Part shown: one piece after another, positions 10,209-23,055 of the stretch
Numbering within the stretch: the stretch's first letter is position 1
Layout: every line of letters starts with the position of its first letter
Source: Cycas panzhihuaensis
Taxonomy: Eukaryota; Plantae; Cycadophyta
Length of the DNA: 64,000 nucleotides
Direction of reading: 5' to 3'
Assembly (NCBI GenBank): GCA_023213395.1
Contig: CM041465.1
Coordinates: forward strand, 159,471,741 to 159,535,740
Position numbers and translations under genes: made by a program
The notes under the pieces: model-generated
What the model was told of the DNA's origin: nothing
The model's input: the letters and a program-made list of their open reading frames with translations, nothing else
The model's database searches: none

Positions 10209-12797
10209 TATTTCCCGGCTTCCGGGAATGGATACGGAATCACTGACTCAGGTAAGTGCAGGTATGTCTCTCGCATTATCATCACTTTCTTTTATTGGGT
10301 GTTTGCTTGCGTATCTGCATGTGTATGACTTTGTGGGCGACCTTGTAGTCGTCCACACTTATTTTTAGCATATGACGACTATAGCAGGGGCACACTCCTA
10401 GCGAGTGTGGCACCCTGGTGACCACATTACTTCCTGCATCTGCCCTCCTCGCTCTAGGATCCACTAGGTTTGCGCCACCTTCGCCCGTGTGATGACTCAT
10501 CATCGTTTGGTTAGCTTGCCACCCCATTTGAGTCCTATTTTTGCTCCCTTGGACCCGTTTGTTGGCTTGTGTACCCCCGGGTAGATGTTTTAATCCCCTT
10601 TTTTGCCCTTTCGGTCATCTGCCCCCAGCTTAGACTGGCTGGTGGGGCCCATTTTTGGCTCTAGGTGCGTACCGCTAGATTTTTCGCAGACTTGGTAATA
10701 TCCGTGATCTTCGAAATTTGCGGTGAATGCAGTTGTCTCAGGTTGTTTTTAAAAATCCACCGTGGTAATTTCGCATTTATTGCGAAATTGCCACGTGGCT
10801 CGCGCCTTATTTCTCTTCCAGCCGTGCCCTAATCGTACGCTTTAGGGTTTTGTTTGAGTACTTAAGCCCTTTTTGGCTCATTTCAAGGATCTTTTGGCTC
10901 ACTTTTGGAATTGCTCTCAAGGAAACACTCTCCTGCTCTGCTCTTCTCTGTCTTCTTTGCAATCGACTGCACCCTTCATACAGTGCCCAGCTCTCCTTTG
11001 GCATGGCTGAGATATTCTCCCAGCCCCTCAAACGCCTTGGAGAGGGCTCCTTTGAAGTGGTTTCCAGCTGGTTTTCGCCCAGGCAGTCCATAAGTGCCCC
11101 AAGCGCAGGTGTTTCCCATCACATGCCCGTAGCAGGGTCTCAAACCTGCTCTACTTTAGATCTGGGCTGATTTCTCAGCCCCTCTTCACTGCTCCTTGGC
11201 TGAGGCAAACCCCTTGCCTCCCCCTTTCAGGTATTCCTTGTTTTATATTTGTTTTCTTATGATATTTATGCTTAAGCTTGTTTGCGCTTGCTTGTTTCTT
11301 GAGAGTTAATTTTCTTCCCTTTTGAGGACTGCTATACCACTCTTTCTGTGTTTCTTGCCTGTGTTTTCTGCTCAAGGCAGCGGCGTTGAGGGGTGGCATA
11401 GGTTTTGGAGAGGAGCTGGGTGGATTCCGCACCACCTTCCATGCTCCCTAAGCGGCTCTAAGCCCTCCAAAGCCTCCCTCTCGTCCCGTGCTGCCCTTGG
11501 CTTGCAAACAAGGGTTTGAAGGCTCCCTTTGGTTGCCCAAACCAGCGCTGTCACAAGTTGTAGTGCTGATTTAGGGCCTTTTGCTCAGGTTTGGGCATCA
11601 CCCATAAGTCCCAACCGCTGGTTTTTGCTTCACCTTTTCTTCCCGGTCGCCCGGTTTGCTCCTCATAGCATCCCGGTCTGCCGTGGGTTCCCTTAGGCCT
11701 CTCCTTGCCCTTTTTGCTGCCATTTTCCAGCCCTCGCTCTTGACTTTCTCCTCGCTGCCTCGTGGCTCTTGAGGGGAGGTTAGGGCATCATTTGTGGGAG
11801 GTAGGCCACTCCGAGGCTTACCCAATCATTTACTCTCACTTTGGTCACTTTCTTTTGGTACTTTCATCATTGGATTAACACTAACGCATGTATATTTAGA
11901 TTCTCGTTTATGTTATTTAGGCATATATTGTTAGAGTTTTTGTATTGCATGTTAGTGCTCTTCCTTCGGGAAGAGAGAGACCGCTATTGCTTGCAGGTAT
12001 TTGGGAAGCATGGAGTACATCGCCCGTTGGCCTCGTTACCGGTAAGCACCTTTGTATGCGTTATATTTTTATGCTATTTCATTTATTAGTTGGTGCTTCC
12101 TTTCTTTCTTGGCATCGCATGTGATTTTCTGGGGAAGGTAAGGAAGCCCCTCTTTCGCCCACCGTAACATCTCGCATCCAGTACGTCACGCGGAGTGGTT
12201 CGGTGCTCCTCGAGAAGGCTTCTTCATCTCGCACGCCCTCGGTCCAGGTGCACGTTTCGCTCCCCTTTGCTACCTCTTTTTCCCTTTTATTTCTCTCTTA
12301 GTAACTAGCACATTGAAAGATAAAAGGGGAAAATTTGGTTTAGTATTTGTTTGTGATTCATTTGTCGTGTTACATATATCTTTCTGCTCAGTAGGAAAGA
12401 TTGTAGGAGCCCTCTTCTCCCCTACCTTTCCTTCTCTCTCCTTAACCACACAAGTGCCTTGCTTCTCGCATCACTCGTGTACCCGGTTAGGTTGTGTAGG
12501 CTTACTCTTGGCCTATCTCCATTAGGTACTCTCCCCCCCTTCTGGCCACCCAAGGGTGGGAGAGTCCTACCTGTAGGTCAACCCAGGTTTACCCTACGCA
12601 CCTTCACCCCTTGTTCGAAGCGGTGAAGGGTCACCCGATAGTAGCCATACTCCATTGCAGATCCCGAACTCGCGCTCCAGCGCACGAGGTGCTCTGCGTG
12701 ATAGTCACTTACCTTTTAGGTTCCACCTTCTATCATTACACCACTCACTCTCCCCCACACCTATTAGTTAGGTGGTTATCCCGTAGCAGCGCGTCCA
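10209..12797. mobile_element. 2.6 kb GC-rich non-coding insertion, probable solo LTR
   Basis: Perfect 5 bp TSD TCTTC (10204-10208 and 12798-12802); termini TA (decayed TG)..CA; removing it restores the host gag; no PBS, PPT or TE protein motif inside. Confidence 0.75.
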
Positions 12798-13060
12798 TCT
12801 TCCATATGAATAGATATGAATTTTAGTTGCTACTTTTTAGTCTTTGGATTATGGGAAAAGTAGGATTTGAATTTACTTATCCATATGTGACTGTTGTATC
12901 TATTCAGATCTTGACCAAAGGTAGGAATATTGATCTTATGGTGAAGTTGTAGCTAACATGGAATAGGGATCTTCTATATTAGAGGAGTGTTTCCTAAAGA
13001 CTAAGAGTTTAACTAAGATGATTATGTTGACATCTGATTTATATGGTTTAGTATTATTGT

Positions 13061-13110
13061 GACATCTGACTTAGATATAAGAGAAGACATCTGACTTAGA
13101 TATAAGAGAA
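13061..13110. repeat. Perfect 25 bp tandem duplication
   Basis: GACATCTGACTTAGATATAAGAGAA x2. Confidence 0.9.
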
Positions 13111-13962
13111 GATATTCTAGCTTTAACTTGTTTATAAAACTCTAAGAACTAAGTTTCTAGTATAGAAATGTGTGTTGCTTGAGATGTAGGATCCATCATA
13201 TGGAAAGAAGGGGATTATAGGAAGTAAGAAGAAGGGGATATAAGAAAACAAGATGAGTAAGATATAAGGGGGTTTACTAAAGTGGGGTTAGATAGAGAGA
13301 ACAACTTACATAAGTGGGGATTATACTTAAGGGAAGAGAGAGGGAGGGGGAGTTATAAGTTTTATATAGCCTATTATCCCTAAAAATAGGTAAGAAAATC
13401 ATCTATTGAATTGGAATAAGTGTCAAGAACTCATCAAAATAGTATAGATGAGATTAAAGTAAAATTTTTAACTATGAGATGCAAGAGCATTGTATAGGTG
13501 TTAACCGCTAACCTATACACCATAAAGGGATAAATGACTAATAATATTCCTATGTTAAGTTAGTAAAATCACCTATAAGGGTTCTCCTATATACCTAAAG
13601 GTACATGGAGACTCACATTCGTAGTTGGGTTCTATTTGAAGCTTTCATAAGCATTCTTATATCACTTTGTATCATGTGTAAATTTATGGCCACACATGCT
13701 TAGCTCATAATAATAGGTCCTTGTGATGTTTAAAGACCCCTAATATAGGGTCTCTACCTAACCACTAGGAGAAATGGAAGGGATAGGGTGGGACTTTGTT
13801 GGCTACTTATAGCTTGATAGACTTATAAATTTAAGTAAGTACTACTTTAAATAGAAATTAATAGAAATATAAAGAAGTGTTTATAATGATATACTAAAGG
13901 AAAATTTTCTCTTCTTCCTTAGCTTCGTTCAAGCTTGTTGCTTCCTATTGGATCTAAAACTA

Positions 13963-13974
13963 GCTTTAATACCA
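13963..13974 (-). promoter_or_regulatory. Decayed Met PBS of the old gypsy; its 5' LTR follows at ~13977-14373
   Basis: GCTTTAATACCA versus canonical GCTCTGATACCA (two transitions). Confidence 0.75.
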
Positions 13975-14373
13975 CTTAGGATATGACTATCTAACTTTTG
14001 ATCACATATATAATGGATAATAAAGAAATAAGAAAGAAAGTGCAACACTTATCTTATCAAATGGAAGCCATTTACATAATTAAAGATCACTAAAGAGAAC
14101 AAATATACACTAATGAATACTAAAGAGTGCCAAAATACTAATCTCTTAAGAGAAAATGATTACATGACAACCTTGCTTTATAATTAATGGCTCTTAAATG
14201 AACAAAAGGGGGCCTTCTCCCTATGATCCTATTGGCAGGTCAAACAACCTTATATTTTATTAGTGGCTTTAATAATCTTCATATAAAGGTTAACTACTAA
14301 CACTTAACCTCCTAATTCCTTAACTATGTGTGCTAGTGTCTTAATTTTTCTAGCCACATGTGGTCATGTAATA

Positions 14374-17018
14374 ATAAAGTATTTTTAAAACCCCAACTTA
14401 TGGTGGTTTGAGGAGAGATTGGGAGTAGATCTAACTAAGTGCTCTAGGAGAGCTTCACCATTCTCAAAATAATCCATGTCATCTATGACTTTAGTATGGA
14501 TAAAGGCTTAAGAAGGAGAGAAAACATGAATGATTAGTTTATCATATAGAGATAAATATGGTAGAGCACTTAGATTATAGGATATAAGAGTGAGGGATTA
14601 CTTAATTTACAAATCAATAAGGTTGGGATCACTTCCAACTCTTCTAAACATATTGACTCCCTAAGTCTAATGCTTATTATCAATAGACTTAGTATCATCA
14701 AACATACTTATGTAGTCCTAGTGATCAACTACTATAGACATAAAGCAAAGTATCTTTGACTCAAATGGGGTTGGGTCTTGATTAAGCTTGAGTGCTTCAT
14801 CTTAAAACAAAGGGCTTGATCTTTCTTCAATTTTCTCATTATAAAAAATAGCTTCCATAAATTATTAAGGGTAACATTAGGCTTACTTATGGTACTACAT
14901 AACATGAGCCAACCTGTTATAAATAAATTTGAGTTTTTCCTAAGTGGTAAAATAGATGGCATCCTATTGGTTTAGACATGGCCTCCTTAGGAGGAGGTTG
15001 TAATCTACATCAATGTCCAAGACTATGATCTTAGTGGAGATGATCTTATCTTTGAGAGTAAGAGGGATGATGACCATCTCAAGAGGGCACTTAGAGATCT
15101 CATCATATCCTTAGCATTTCCAAGGAATAGGATTAAGAGCATTAATATCCAAGTATTGGAGAATTTATGTAGGTATAATATTAATGAATGATATATTATT
15201 AATGACCATCCTTTATAGGATGCAATTAAGGGTTTCAATATTAATGAAGAAGGAAGAGAGGAGTTAGCACTCTCTCTCCATTGGGAAAGGGGTTTCCTTA
15301 AGATCAAAGCATAAAATAGGTTTGGCTAATTATTTAATATAAATAAAACTAACTTCATAAGGTTGAAACATGTCCAAGAGTACCTATCATTGATTAAGGT
15401 AACTTTGTAAAATATCTATCATGGACATGCTAATAGAGATAGAATAAAGCTCCTCAATAATGGAGAATGGATTATATTTACTAGTGGGTTGGGGGATCAC
15501 CCTTATCATGTAATAATGACCAAGATGAATAAGGATGATATTGGAGAGAATTAGGACTTCTATAAGTTGAGGGTAAGAAGAGGAAGGGTACTCAACTTTC
15601 TTAGCTACTTGATCTTAGGTAATAGTGAATGCTTGAGTAACTTTAAGCATTTACATGATGCACTTAACATTTACACTATAGTGTTAGGTAACTTCTCCTA
15701 ATTTTGTATCTTGGGCCTTTGGGGGCAATTGATAATGCTCTTATTTTGAAGTAACTATTAGTTTAGGAGTTATGGTTTGGGTCCATTAGGGTTTGTCCTT
15801 ACCATTTTAGGCTTAAGACTCAAAACCACCATCACGTTGAGGAAATGGATCCTTATGGATCTATTTCTCAAGGTTAGGTCTTAAGGTAGGGTATGTAGAA
15901 GGATTATAAGAAGGTTAGAGCTTAGGGTATTCAATATAAAACTAATCATCATCATAGGTACAAATTTGATAGACTAAACAACACTTCTTCCTAGTAGGGG
16001 CAACATCTCCCTTATTACCTTAAGGTTGATAATAATATTTACTAGTTTGGTAAATAGATTGATGGTTTGATTAACCTTGGGATTATAATTTTTATCTTTT
16101 AACAAGCTTAAGTTATAATTTGAGGTATTACACCATCCTTTTGAATGAGTGAATAATTAAAACAAGAGAGTCCATAGTCTTATTAAGAGTACTAACATGG
16201 GATTTTAGTTCTTTAGGTTGTGTAGAATTTTTACACCTTGAGGTAGGTTTGGTGAGATTCTTAATACTTGCTTGGATTCCAATAGACTCTAAGGTGAAGT
16301 ATTTGGATACCACACTCTCATAGGTAGTAGCACCCATCTTAAGCACTTCCATGTATACCTTGGGATAAAGCACATTGATAAAAATATCTCACTTCAACTC
16401 TTCAAGTAACATGCCCTTAAAAGAGTGAAGGATGTCATGGAAGCACTTAATGAAATCTTTGTTAAGCTTATCAAGACCTTGTTTAAGGTAGAGGATGGCC
16501 TTGGCCCCACTCTTAAAGGACCTAAATACATCAAATTATCTAACAAAAGTATCAGTTAATTATTGAAAGGTGTGAATAGAATGCTGAGGCTAAAGATAAA
16601 ACTATTTCAAAGCATCCCCATGAAGTGATTATAGGAATATCTTTATCTTGATGTGATCATAAAGTAAATAATATATACATGTCATGGAAAAGGCTTTAAT
16701 ATGACCTGTAGGATCTTATTATGTGATCCTATTAAACTTAGAAACCTAAGATAGATAGGATGCCAAGTTGGCCCTAAGTGCCTCAAGGGATAATAAACTA
16801 CTTTGATAGTCTATATATGACTATGATCAGGGTTAGGCCTATGGGTCTATAGATCTAGGTTATGGTTGATAAGGCTATTGACCTTAGGTATCACCATAGA
16901 GAGGAGAGACACGATGGTAGGTCTGATATAGTTGGATTGATTAGGGATTGCCCTAGCTAGACAAGGATGCAGGTTTGTTACATAAGATGAAATTCCTCTA
17001 TACATAGGGTTCACATAA

Positions 17019-17069
<51 letters not shown>

Positions 17070-18100
17070 TAGGAGGTATTTGGAAAACCTAAGTGGGTGC
17101 TTACCTTACATTAGTAGTGGTTTTGACTTAGTGAGGCATCTCCCATTACATAAGAGGTATGTTGGGGAAACCCATATTTAAGGGCATAGGAGGAGAATAA
17201 AAAGGGAGATGAGGAAGTGGATTTTGACCATATGGGTCCCCAAATAAGGGTGTAATCTAATATAGATAAAGTAAGTTTATATCATATAGAGAATATGGTT
17301 ACATTCCAATATGCCCCCACTGCTAGTATATGTAGCTAAGTAGGATATATAGGATAGGAGTAGGCCCAACCATAATCTATGTAAATTATAGGAAAAGACA
17401 TGGTAAGCCCCTAATAATAGATGGATAGGGTGTGGAGTGAAATGGGATGGTAGGGTTTTTCCAAACTATAAAAGGTTAGGTGTTAGATACATGAAGTCCT
17501 GAAGCTAGTATAATAGGTAGGATAAAATGAAAAGGTAAAATCAAAGTTAATGTTGTTTAGGTATGGGTTGCAATGGAAATCATAAGTGTTAATGGCGTTA
17601 AGGTGACTTGCTTCACTACCCTTTATTAGGGTTCTAACATAGATAGAGTAACACTTAGACTAGCACCAATGGCATCGAATATGTGAGTGATCCAAATAAG
17701 GTTGGTAGAAGATGGCATTAAACTCAAAGAAAGTATATGGAAGTATGGCTTTAATGAGGTAATGGTATCTAGGGACTTCTTTTATATATGAATAGGTTGG
17801 GGATATGGCATAACCACATGACATAGATCCTACTGGAAAGTATGGGCCAATCGCATAGATGGAGATAAAGTGGATTGCACATATGTGGTCCCAATGATAT
17901 ATGCAAGGGATCTTATTAGATTTTGATAAGTTGGGTTAAGCCCAAGTTGTGGGTAAGATCCACCTATTTTGAAAGGGTCATTCATAGGAAATCTATAGGT
18001 ATCCTCCATTGATTAGGATCATTGAGTTGTTTGATTAGAGTTGGACTCATTGGCCTAAGCCTAATGGGGTTGCTCTACCATTAAGGTATACCTAATAGTT
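14374..18100 (-). pseudogene. Non-chromovirus Ty3/gypsy (Tat/Ogre/Athila-type) gag-protease relic with a long Pro-rich N-terminal region
   Basis: Minus-strand retrotrans_gag pattern DPTGHIKAF..C....D.IKIKIFL.SL.GDALK.F..L....I.TF..L...F (~16720-16530); LFITGW protease-proximal motif (~14920); boundaries approximate. Confidence 0.65.
17021..17067. repeat. (AT)n microsatellite
   Basis: About 23 AT units. Confidence 0.97.
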
Positions 18101-19852
18101 GAAGAGCTAGGAGATAAAGACTAATAAAGATCCAAATAAGTAAGGCTTCATAACCTATAAGAATAATAGTGCATATAAGAGCTTCTCATAAGAGTAAAAA
18201 ATATGATCTATCAAAGGGGGCACACTTGACATCTAGAGAATTAGAAGGCAAGGGATGCTCATAAACTTGGTAACATCTTTCTAGGTGAATTATCCTAAAG
18301 TAGAGGCTAAAGCAAAGTAGAGAAGGGAAGGTCTAATGGTATACCACTAACCCTCAACTTGCAAGTTCCTAGTATGGTTTCCATAAAATATAGCTTGCAA
18401 GGGGGAATGACCTTTCATACAACTCAACAAAGGACCTAAGGTAGAAATGATCCATGCTAAAGGAGGAAGAGAACACTCTCTCTCATGGATACCATGTATC
18501 ATTTAGGCACAAATCTAGGGAAGAAGATAGGAACATTGGCCAAGTAAGGGCTAAGGAGAGGTATGCAATACACATTTATTATATAGCCATATGATCTCCT
18601 AATTTTCATGCAAATAACACCCAAACATGGTCTAGGTACAAACCTAAGACCTCATAGGTTTAGAGACTTGTAGTAAGTGATGCTTCCCTACCTTATTTAG
18701 TCTTCCTATTTAAGAATGAACATGTCATATAATAAACCTCATTTCACCCTTTTCCCTTTGGTTTCCTAATCAATACTACATGCAAAAAGGGGAGAATAAG
18801 AGGAAGTAAGTGAATGTCATGCATGCACAAATAAGTCAAAAGTAAACTCTCCTTCTCTTTCTTTGGTCTTTAGTATACTCTCTTTTCTTTATCTTTAGGG
18901 GAATCAGGAGGAAAAGGGGAACCTCTTCCACTCTCCTCTTCCCTCTTTATTCTTTCTAAATTAAAAACCAATAGCAATAAAAAGAGAGATGAGAAAAGAA
19001 GAAGCCTTTTCCTTTATTCATTATATTCTCTTGGAATAAGTAAAGGGGTAAAGGGAGAAATCCTACCCTTCTCTTTTCCTTTTATAAAATAAAAAAACCA
19101 AAAGAAAATATCTAACATTGACTTTTCTTTTTGTTTTTTTTTTTTAAATAAAAATGAAGGAAAAGGAAAGGTAAAGAGTGGTGCACTTAGGATGTACTTG
19201 TATAAACCAAATGGCCAATCACCTTTTCCTCCAATATCACCCTCACATGTATTTGTCTTAATAGGTGGGAACCAAAATACCATACAAAAGATTATATACA
19301 ATACAAAATAGAAATATATGTAAAATTCAATAGCATTTGTACTTATTGATTTAAACTGTGACATAAAAATTTAGCACCACCTTTTAAATATGCTACAAAT
19401 AAATAAAAGAGGGACTTGGAAGGAAATACCTTTAAGGATATCATCAAAAATTTGTGGTGGAGTCTATCATGCCCTATAAGCACTTTCCATTCTTAAGAGA
19501 GTAGAATTTATACTACTAAATAAGCCTAAGTAAAAGTTGAAAGTATTTATACTAGTCAAATTACATTATACTATAAAAAGTATTCTTAAGAACTTTAGAA
19601 TCACCAAAAATTAACTTCAAATACAACTTGGAAGAATTATATATATAGAGCCTCAGATGAAAATTTTGGCTGAGTTTTCCTTCCCTATAGGTACCTTCCA
19701 ACTTTATGAAATGAAGAGAATAAATGGAGAAGAAAATAAGAGGCTCTTAACTCAAAGCTCCTACCACTTATAAGTAAAAGTATTCATATGTTCCTCTCAC
19801 TTGCTAAGTTAATGATAAAAGAGCATATATACATACATGTGCATAAATTAAA

Positions 19853-19859
19853 GGCGCCA
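19853..19859 (-). promoter_or_regulatory. Possible PBS core (TGGCGCC) of the minus-strand relic, with an LTR possibly starting at ~19864
   Basis: Isolated GGCGCCA in AT-rich sequence next to TATGGGA; no partner LTR seen. Confidence 0.3.
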
Positions 19860-20899
19860 AAACTATGGGAAATATTTAAGCAAATTAAACTACTTACAAA
19901 CAATGATAAAAAATATGAAATGGGCCTTAGAAATGGTAGACTTTCTACTCTCTAAGGATCCCATAATACCGGCAATCTCTCTAAGAGCTTTCTTGAGTAC
20001 TTCTAGCAGTTGAAAGTTAGTATAAAGGCATATGGCAAGGAGGAAACCTAGTGAAAACTCATAAGCAATAATCACTTAGTAAGAATTATTCTAGGGAAAA
20101 AAATGACAATATTTTAGTAACATGTTATTACAAAAACTTTCCTCCTCATTTCTTGTGGAAAGTTGGGTCTATAAATAGATTTACCAATGAAGTCTCTTGG
20201 TAGATTTGAGATACATAGTTTTAAAGAAAGCATGAGAAAAAACCATAAACTCAGTTCATGGTTTTGAATGAGTACAAAGTTCAATGTAAATAGGTCAAGG
20301 TTTTAAATACAAATCCATAGATTAGAGAGTGAATTTAGAGTACTAATGAAGGGCTAAAGGCTTGCAATATTAACTATGGGTGCCCTCTATTAGAAGGAAC
20401 ATTCAATTTGGTGGCTAGAGGAGGAAGAGAAGGCATCTTTTAAAGGAAATAATGCCCATAATTTAATAATAGTGCATTGATGTATTATTGTAAAATGTAG
20501 AATAAGACAACCCACTCCCTTAAGATTTTCTCAATGGTATAACATTGTATTATTGAGAAAACAATAATGGTATAGAAGCATCCCATTATAATTTTTATAA
20601 TAAGACACATGTCTTATTACAAAAATCAAAATAGGATTAAAAAATGTAATGGGGAAAAGTATAGTCCATTGAAAAGAGGACTCAAGTCTAAAATTTCATT
20701 AGAAAATAGTAGTAGGGACAGATAATATTTACAAATAGGACCTATAAGTACTCTCAAAGGTGTTTGGGGGGTGTTTCCAAACATGTAAGACCTAGGTAAA
20801 CTAGTAATATAATGCTATTAGCCATGGTCAAAAGCATCATAGGCTAAAACAATGCACACACTTATCATCACATCACAAGCAAAATAAAGCACCATGTAC

Positions 20900-20901
<2 letters not shown>

Positions 20902-20943
<42 letters not shown>

Positions 20944-20964
20944 CTATATATATATATATATATA
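20902..20964. repeat. Compound microsatellite (CT)20 plus (TA)10
   Basis: Direct reading. Confidence 0.97.
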
Positions 20965-21663
20965 AACTAGAAATCAAATTAAGGTGAGAGTAGTAGATGC
21001 ATACCTAAATTACATATGTAGCTGATGAATGTTGGATTCCCAGTTAGTGGGAAGTAATTTCTATCATTTATTGTTTTAAGTTTCTATTATTTACTGAATT
21101 ATTACCATTTATAAATCTATGGTTGATTTGTTATCTTCTAAATTAATTGTCTAAAACCTACTAAGTTAAATTTTTATTTAATGTAATATTATATATATTA
21201 TATGATGATTAGTTCTATAATAAATACATCTAGATGTATACGAGTGTGTCTCTCTTCACGCCCTAGCTGAGACGTATATTAGGCGGCGGGCCAAGAATAT
21301 TATGACCGGTAAGACGCAGGCCAGTACGCCTTACTTCGAAGCTAGGGTAAATCCTTTTCGGGGCAGAGATCCTTTTGTATGGTAGCTGCTCTTATGTAAC
21401 TCAAAGTCCCGGTCTATTACTTTCAAGGAGGCTAGCCACTTTGGTCAAGGACAGTGCATGAGACCAGAGAGAGTATCCAGACGGAGTCAAGAGTCCGTAA
21501 GACTATGCCGTGGAAGAAACCGCTTTTCGCCACTTGTTTTGTAAGAAGAGGGGCAAAGTGAGAAGCTGGCCTAAAGAAGAACCACATCTAGGGTCAGTAG
21601 AAATGGTATGTTTTTGCTCTTATTGGTTGGAGTTTTTTGCTACAGTTTTTATATTTTTAAAAA

Positions 21664-23055
21664 ATGGAAAAGGATCATTCCCCTTCAAAGCAAAACCAAA
21701 ACCCTAACCTGGCATCAGGGAGAACCTTTAGAGATGTCTTGAAATCCAATGAGGAAGAATCCTTTGACTTAACCCCTGTGTTCGAAGACAATAAAGTAAG
21801 ACTTAAAATCCCCTTAGCCCTGGTCGAGAAAACTGAGAAGTTGTGGGAGAACTGCCTAGTCGAAAGGTTCTCAGGACTTAGACTGGGTTTGGAGCCCATT
21901 AGGGCTTAGACGAGGACTAAATGGAAAACAATGAGCAGTGTGGAGGTAATAGCCATGCCCAAGGGCTGTGTGCTATTCAAATTTGCATCACATGAAGATA
22001 TGTCGAGTATTTTGATTAGGGCACCGTGGATGTTTGGCAGAAGAGCCCTATTTCTTGAGAAATGGCATAGGGACTTTGACCCCTCGGTCCCTAAAATTAG
22101 ACAAGCTCCCATATGGATCCAACTCCCGGGCTTACCTCTCCACCATTGGAATTCTGAGGTATTTAAAGGCATCGCAAAAGCGGTGGGCCCTCTCTTAGTA
22201 GTCGATTCAGCGATGAAGAATAGGAGTAGGCTCATTAATGCTAGAATTTGTGCCCTAGTGAGGTTAGATAAGCCCCTCTTAGATGATATATGGATGGACC
22301 TACCTGATAAGAGTTGGGTACAACTGTTGTTTTATGAGCTAGACCACTTTAGATGCTCAACCTGCAGGAATCTGGGACATCTGCCATAAAAGTGCCCAGG
22401 TGTGCAACCCTTAAAAGAAGATCCAGTAGTGACAAGCACTCAAGAGAAGGAGAAAGAAAAAGGGGTGGGTCATGAATGTCCAGCCCGTACGGAGGTGATC
22501 AAAACTTCTTATCTAAATCTGGGTTTTGACCCAAATGAGGAGGATATGTTATTAGAGGAAGACGTCCAAGCGGCACAGGCCATTGTGGCTCCAGAGTGCT
22601 TGGCTGGCGAGGTAGGGATTGGGTAACCATCCCCTCGAGGGGTGGTTCCACCAACCCACAACATTTTGTCTCCACCGAAACAATAGGAGAAGGAGGATGA
22701 GATGGGGGCAGATATGACCCCACTGTCTGTAGGATCAGGCTGCTATGGGCAAGGGGATGGGGTTGAGGTCGCGGAAATGCCTAGTTTGGAGGAACTAGGG
22801 CAGTCAGCCCTTGTCCCATTATTGCAGCTGACTTTGGACCAAAAGAAGCTGCCCGATGTAGGAGCAGAGAAGAAGGTCGGGAGACCACCATCGACAGTCC
22901 AAAGAGAGAAAGAATCGGTTGCCCAAGTAGATCAAGGCACGCAGAGAACTTTAAAGGATTCATTCCTAGAAGGGCCTACTCTTAGATCCAGTACGGTAGG
23001 CAAGGAACCCCCAAAAGGGGAAAATGCTGAAGTCTAGAAACAAAGAAAGAAGTGA
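21664..23055 (+). pseudogene. LINE ORF1 (DUF4283/RRM-like plus zinc knuckle), several stops
   Basis: TFRDVLK; WENCLV.RF; APWMFGRRALFLEKW; APIWIQLPGLPLHHW; ARICALV; CSTCRNLGH zinc knuckle. Confidence 0.9.

Larger units (their letters stand above)
6459..14373 (-). mobile_element. Old degenerate Ty3/gypsy (chromovirus-like relative of 1733-6259); cut in the integrase C-terminus by the LINE and in gag by a solo LTR
   Basis: Minus strand: gag WISKFKSYF..FISIHMED|VYHWF (~12870/10200), protease IKGTLKKIPINILI (~9450), RT SPYIAPIILV and FFDDI (~8780-8420), integrase KLSPCYYNPYKVL..IAYTLEL (~6530-6460); decayed PBS at 13963-13974; right LTR boundary approximate. Confidence 0.85.

Noticed and set aside
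10282-12826. Many overlapping 60-106 aa ORFs on both strands
   Set aside because: No domain motifs; expected by chance in GC-rich LTR sequence.
19014-19364. 116 aa F/I/K-rich ORF
   Set aside because: Low-complexity translation of poly-T/poly-A tracts.
21021-21060. Possible host micro-exon (TAG|CTGATG..GGGAA|GTAATT) in the only short stretch not assigned to a TE
   Set aside because: Weak acceptor with no pyrimidine tract and no supporting exons; cannot be supported without RNA-seq.
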